A stretch of 32,000 bases of DNA from assembly GCA_012799825.1 (NCBI GenBank), contig JAAZKK010000048.1:34909-66908 (forward strand). Reading direction: 5' to 3'. Below the pieces are notes generated by a model, which ran no database searches, was not told where the DNA came from, and saw only the letters and a list, made by a program, of their open reading frames with translations. Every line of letters starts with the position of its first letter. Position 1 is the first letter of the stretch. Shown piece by piece: positions 29,439 to 32,000 of this stretch. The stretch is from Clostridiaceae bacterium. Its GTDB lineage: Bacteria; Bacillota; Clostridia; Saccharofermentanales; DTU023. A program made the translations under genes and the position numbers.

Positions 29439-29775
29439 GTGGACAGTTTTTCAAGTTTTATATTATTTCTGACCACAGGCAACCCGAAGTGAACAGTTTT
29501 TCAGTTTTGTTAGAAAAAAAAGGCCACACGGGACTCCATGCTGGACAGTTTTCGAAATTTTTTATTATTTCCCGCCCATAGGCAGCCCGCAGTGGACAGT
29601 TTTTCAGTTTTGTTAGAAAAAAAAGGCCACACGGGACTCCATGCTGGACAGTTTTCGAAATTTTTTATTATTTCCGCCCGCAGGCAACCCGCAGTGGACA
29701 GTTTTTCAAGTTTTGTTAGAAAAAAAGGTCACACGGGACTCCATGCTGGACAGTTTTTCAGTTTTATTTGATTTT
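29439..29775. repeat. Alternating A/B tandem array, about 51 bp unit (102 bp higher-order), 7 copies of a GGACAGTTTTTC box
   Basis: G(G/A)ACAGTTTT(T)C at 29441, 29491, 29543, 29594, 29646, 29696 and 29748 (spacing 50,52,51,52,50,52). The 102 bp unit ...GTGGACAGTTTTTCAGTTTTGTTAGAAAAAAAAGGCCACACGGGACTCCATGCTGGACAGTTTTCGAAATTTTTTATTATTTC... is near-identical. Confidence 0.95.
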
Positions 29776-29906
29776 TACGCAGTTGTGGAAATCGAAATGC
29801 AATGAATATCTTTTTTATTTGATTTTTTGCCCTAAAGCAGTCAATTGAAGTGAGGTTTTAGCTCTAGAAATATTTTTTTAATGGAGCATCTATCTTTTAT
29901 TTCTAT

Positions 29907-29949
29907 TTTATTTGAATTTTTGTCCGGTTTATTTGAATTTTTGTCCGGC
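29907..29949. repeat. Short tandem repeat, 21 bp x2
   Basis: (TTTATTTGAATTTTTGTCCGG) repeated twice in direct tandem. Confidence 0.85.
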
Positions 29950-30071
29950 AGGAGGCGGGGGTGGGGACTTGCAGAATTTCCAGAGCAAATTTGGAGCTAG
30001 CAAATTTGGAAGGATGATTTCAGCAATGACGTACTGCTTGGCTTAAAAAAAGAGGTGCCAATTCCCGTTTA

Positions 30072-30974
30072 CTAAGTTTTTTCTTGTTGGATGGCGGCAG
30101 CGATGGCGCGTAACTTGGAAAAACGGTGACTCATGCCGGATTTGCTGACGGCAGGATTCATCAAAGTTCCGAGTTCTTCGAGTGAAGCGCCTTGATTGGA
30201 TAGACGGGCTTGTGCTGCTTCGTAGAGTTGAGGGGAAAGGCTATCAAGACCGCGTGTTCGGGCGATGATTTCGATTGCCTTTAGCTGAGATTCGATGGAG
30301 AGCACTCGGCGCGATAAGTTCGCACCGTCGAAATTGAGCTGACGGTGCACCTGACCGGATAGCTCACGTTCACTTCGCTGTTCTTCAAAATAGAGTAGCG
30401 CAGTGCCAGCTCCGCAGAATCGGAGAAAATCAGCGATGTCATCACCGCTTGTAAGGCTCACTGTAGCTTTCCCTCGTTGTTGTATTTTTCCCGGGACAAG
30501 ATCAATTGAAGAGAGCAATGTGAAAAGCAGACGTGATCCGCTTTCATGGATCGGTGTAAAAACAAGTCGATATCTTCCTGATGAAGGATCTGAAATCACA
30601 CCACATGCCATAAATGCCGCGGACAAAGCAGCGCTTAGCCGATGCCTAGCATCAGGTTTTAACCAATAGATCACATCGAAGAACAAGATGTTTTGTTGTT
30701 TACGCGCCACATTGTAAGTCAATACGGTATCTCGAGCTCCCTTTTTCTCGGTAATTTTATCAAGTAACAGAGTCTGCGCGGCATTGTCGATAAGCTGTAC
30801 CAAAGGATGGCCGACAACGCGAATACTCACCTGATAACAAGAACCAAGATTAGTCGCATCTCCAGCGAATGTTGTAAAGGCCGCAATGAGCGCTGAAGCG
30901 GCATCAACGGATTCGGTGACCGCTTCACGCTGTATTTTAGCCATTTCATAGCGAACAGCACGTGAGAACGTCAT
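30072..30974 (-). CDS. whiA: DNA-binding protein WhiA
   Basis: MTFSRAVRYEMAKI N-terminus, LAGLIDADG-like middle domain and C-terminal HTH (LREL/LEELGTLMNPAVSKSGMSHRFSKLRAIA). Start set at the internal Met, which overlaps the rapZ stop by 4 nt. Confidence 0.93.
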   Translation of the reverse strand: MTFSRAVRYEMAKIQREAVTESVDAASALIAAFTTFAGDATNLGSCYQVSIRVVGHPLVQLIDNAAQTLLLDKITEKKGARDTVLTYNVARKQQNILFFDVIYWLKPDARHRLSAALSAAFMACGVISDPSSGRYRLVFTPIHESGSRLLFTLLSSIDLVPGKIQQRGKATVSLTSGDDIADFLRFCGAGTALLYFEEQRSERELSGQVHRQLNFDGANLSRRVLSIESQLKAIEIIARTRGLDSLSPQLYEAAQARLSNQGASLEELGTLMNPAVSKSGMSHRFSKLRAIAAAIQQEKT

Positions 30975-31909
30975 GACGTTATTTCTTCTTCCCACATTGC
31001 AATTTGTCGATTTCGTTGGTCTTGTCGTATGTCGCGATGCGCCGTGATAACGTGGTAATTTAGGTTTTTCAAAAAATCTGCAAGACGATCAGCGATCATG
31101 ACGCTCCTGTGACGACCTCCTGTACATCCAATGGAAAGATTAAGGCGCGACTTTCCTTCGCGTATGTAGAAAGGCATAACAAATTTGAGAAATGCACACT
31201 GCATCTCGATGAACATCTTCGTCTCAGGAAACTGCTCGATGTATTCGATGACGGCTTCATCTTTCCCTGAAAGCATTTTCAGTTTATCGATGTAGAAGGG
31301 ATTCGGCACAAAACGAACATCAAGAACGAGATCCGCATCCTGTGGAATTCCGTATTTAAATCCGAAAGATTGTACAAAGATGACAAATTCACTGTAGGCA
31401 ATCCCTTCGCCAAATAGATCACGCAAATAATCACGTAATTGGATTGTCGAATAATTACTTGTATCAATAATATCCGTCGCAATTTCTCGCACCGGTTTCA
31501 AGAATTCGCGTTCCGCGCGGATCGCTTGCGAGAGCGACAAACCTCCACGATGTCCACTTAAGGGATGCTCTCGCCGACTTTGTTTGTATCGACTTATCAG
31601 CGACGCGTCGGACGCTTCTAAAAAGAGAACTCGTACGTTGATTTTCAGGTCATTCAAATCCTGCAAAACGGGTAACAATTCTTTCACAAAATTTGGATTG
31701 CGTGTGTCCATGACAAGCGCAACGCGCGAGACGGGCTTTCTGTTTTCATCGTTTTCAGATGCATCCTCGCTTCCTGCAAGGACACGTGTCAAATCGGCTA
31801 CAAGCTGTGGCGGCATATTGTCAATGCAAAAAAAACCCATATCCTCAAGATGTTGAGCCGCCATGCTTTTGCCGCTACCTGATAGTCCGGTTAAAATGGT
31901 AATCTCCAC
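30971..31909 (-). CDS. rapZ: RapZ/YvcJ family nucleotide-binding protein
   Basis: 312 aa. ITILTGLSGSGKSMAAQHLEDMGFFCIDNMPPQL, DTSNYS.QLRDYL, SFGFKYGIPQDADLVLDVRFVPNP, SIGCTGGRHRSVMIAD. Confidence 0.97.
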   Translation of the reverse strand: MEITILTGLSGSGKSMAAQHLEDMGFFCIDNMPPQLVADLTRVLAGSEDASENDENRKPVSRVALVMDTRNPNFVKELLPVLQDLNDLKINVRVLFLEASDASLISRYKQSRREHPLSGHRGGLSLSQAIRAEREFLKPVREIATDIIDTSNYSTIQLRDYLRDLFGEGIAYSEFVIFVQSFGFKYGIPQDADLVLDVRFVPNPFYIDKLKMLSGKDEAVIEYIEQFPETKMFIEMQCAFLKFVMPFYIREGKSRLNLSIGCTGGRHRSVMIADRLADFLKNLNYHVITAHRDIRQDQRNRQIAMWEEEITS

Positions 31910-32000
31910 TGTCGTCTCCTTTTACTCATATACTCCAAATTTTGTTATCCCATACCCACGTGCCAACAATGCGAGCCCGACTAGACTATTATATTTACAT

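Noticed and set aside
29538-29771. 77 aa + strand ORF with 34-aa repeats as a real gene
   Set aside because: It coincides exactly with the 102-bp (34 codon) non-coding array. No ribosome-binding site, and the ATG is part of the repeat.

Overview
This 32 kb window is a chromosomal, mostly housekeeping segment of a Firmicutes/Clostridia-like bacterium. The taxonomy is inferred from gene families and order: rpsF-ssb-rpsR-rplI-dnaB-tilS-hpt-ftsH, rpmE-DUF1385-prmC-prfA-sua5/LMW-PTP, rplU-prp-rpmA-obgE, rapZ-whiA. Supported features also include a partial CvpA-like protein, a DUF4364 protein, a rubredoxin, an ABC-F ATPase, MurC, a histidine phosphatase, an HtrA-type PDZ protease, two uncharacterised membrane proteins and one tRNA-Val(GAC). 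I see no defence island, CRISPR array, prophage or obvious biosynthetic cluster. The most unusual signal is non-coding. Nearly every long intergenic gap carries a locus-specific degenerate tandem array with hand-counted periods of 46, 51, 56, 61 or about 63 bp. Two arrays 24 kb apart share a CAGTTTTTC-containing core at about 51 bp spacing. At two loci the unit resembles the last codons plus stop region of the adjacent gene, suggesting arrays seeded from gene 3' ends. Comparable 51/102 bp and 105 bp repeats occur inside the rpsF tail and a membrane-protein tail. Other notable points are a Sua5::LMW-phosphatase fusion with a YwlE-like CTGNTCR motif, an insertion in TilS, L27 with a Prp-type N-terminal extension beside prp, and a rapZ-whiA pair without yvcK.
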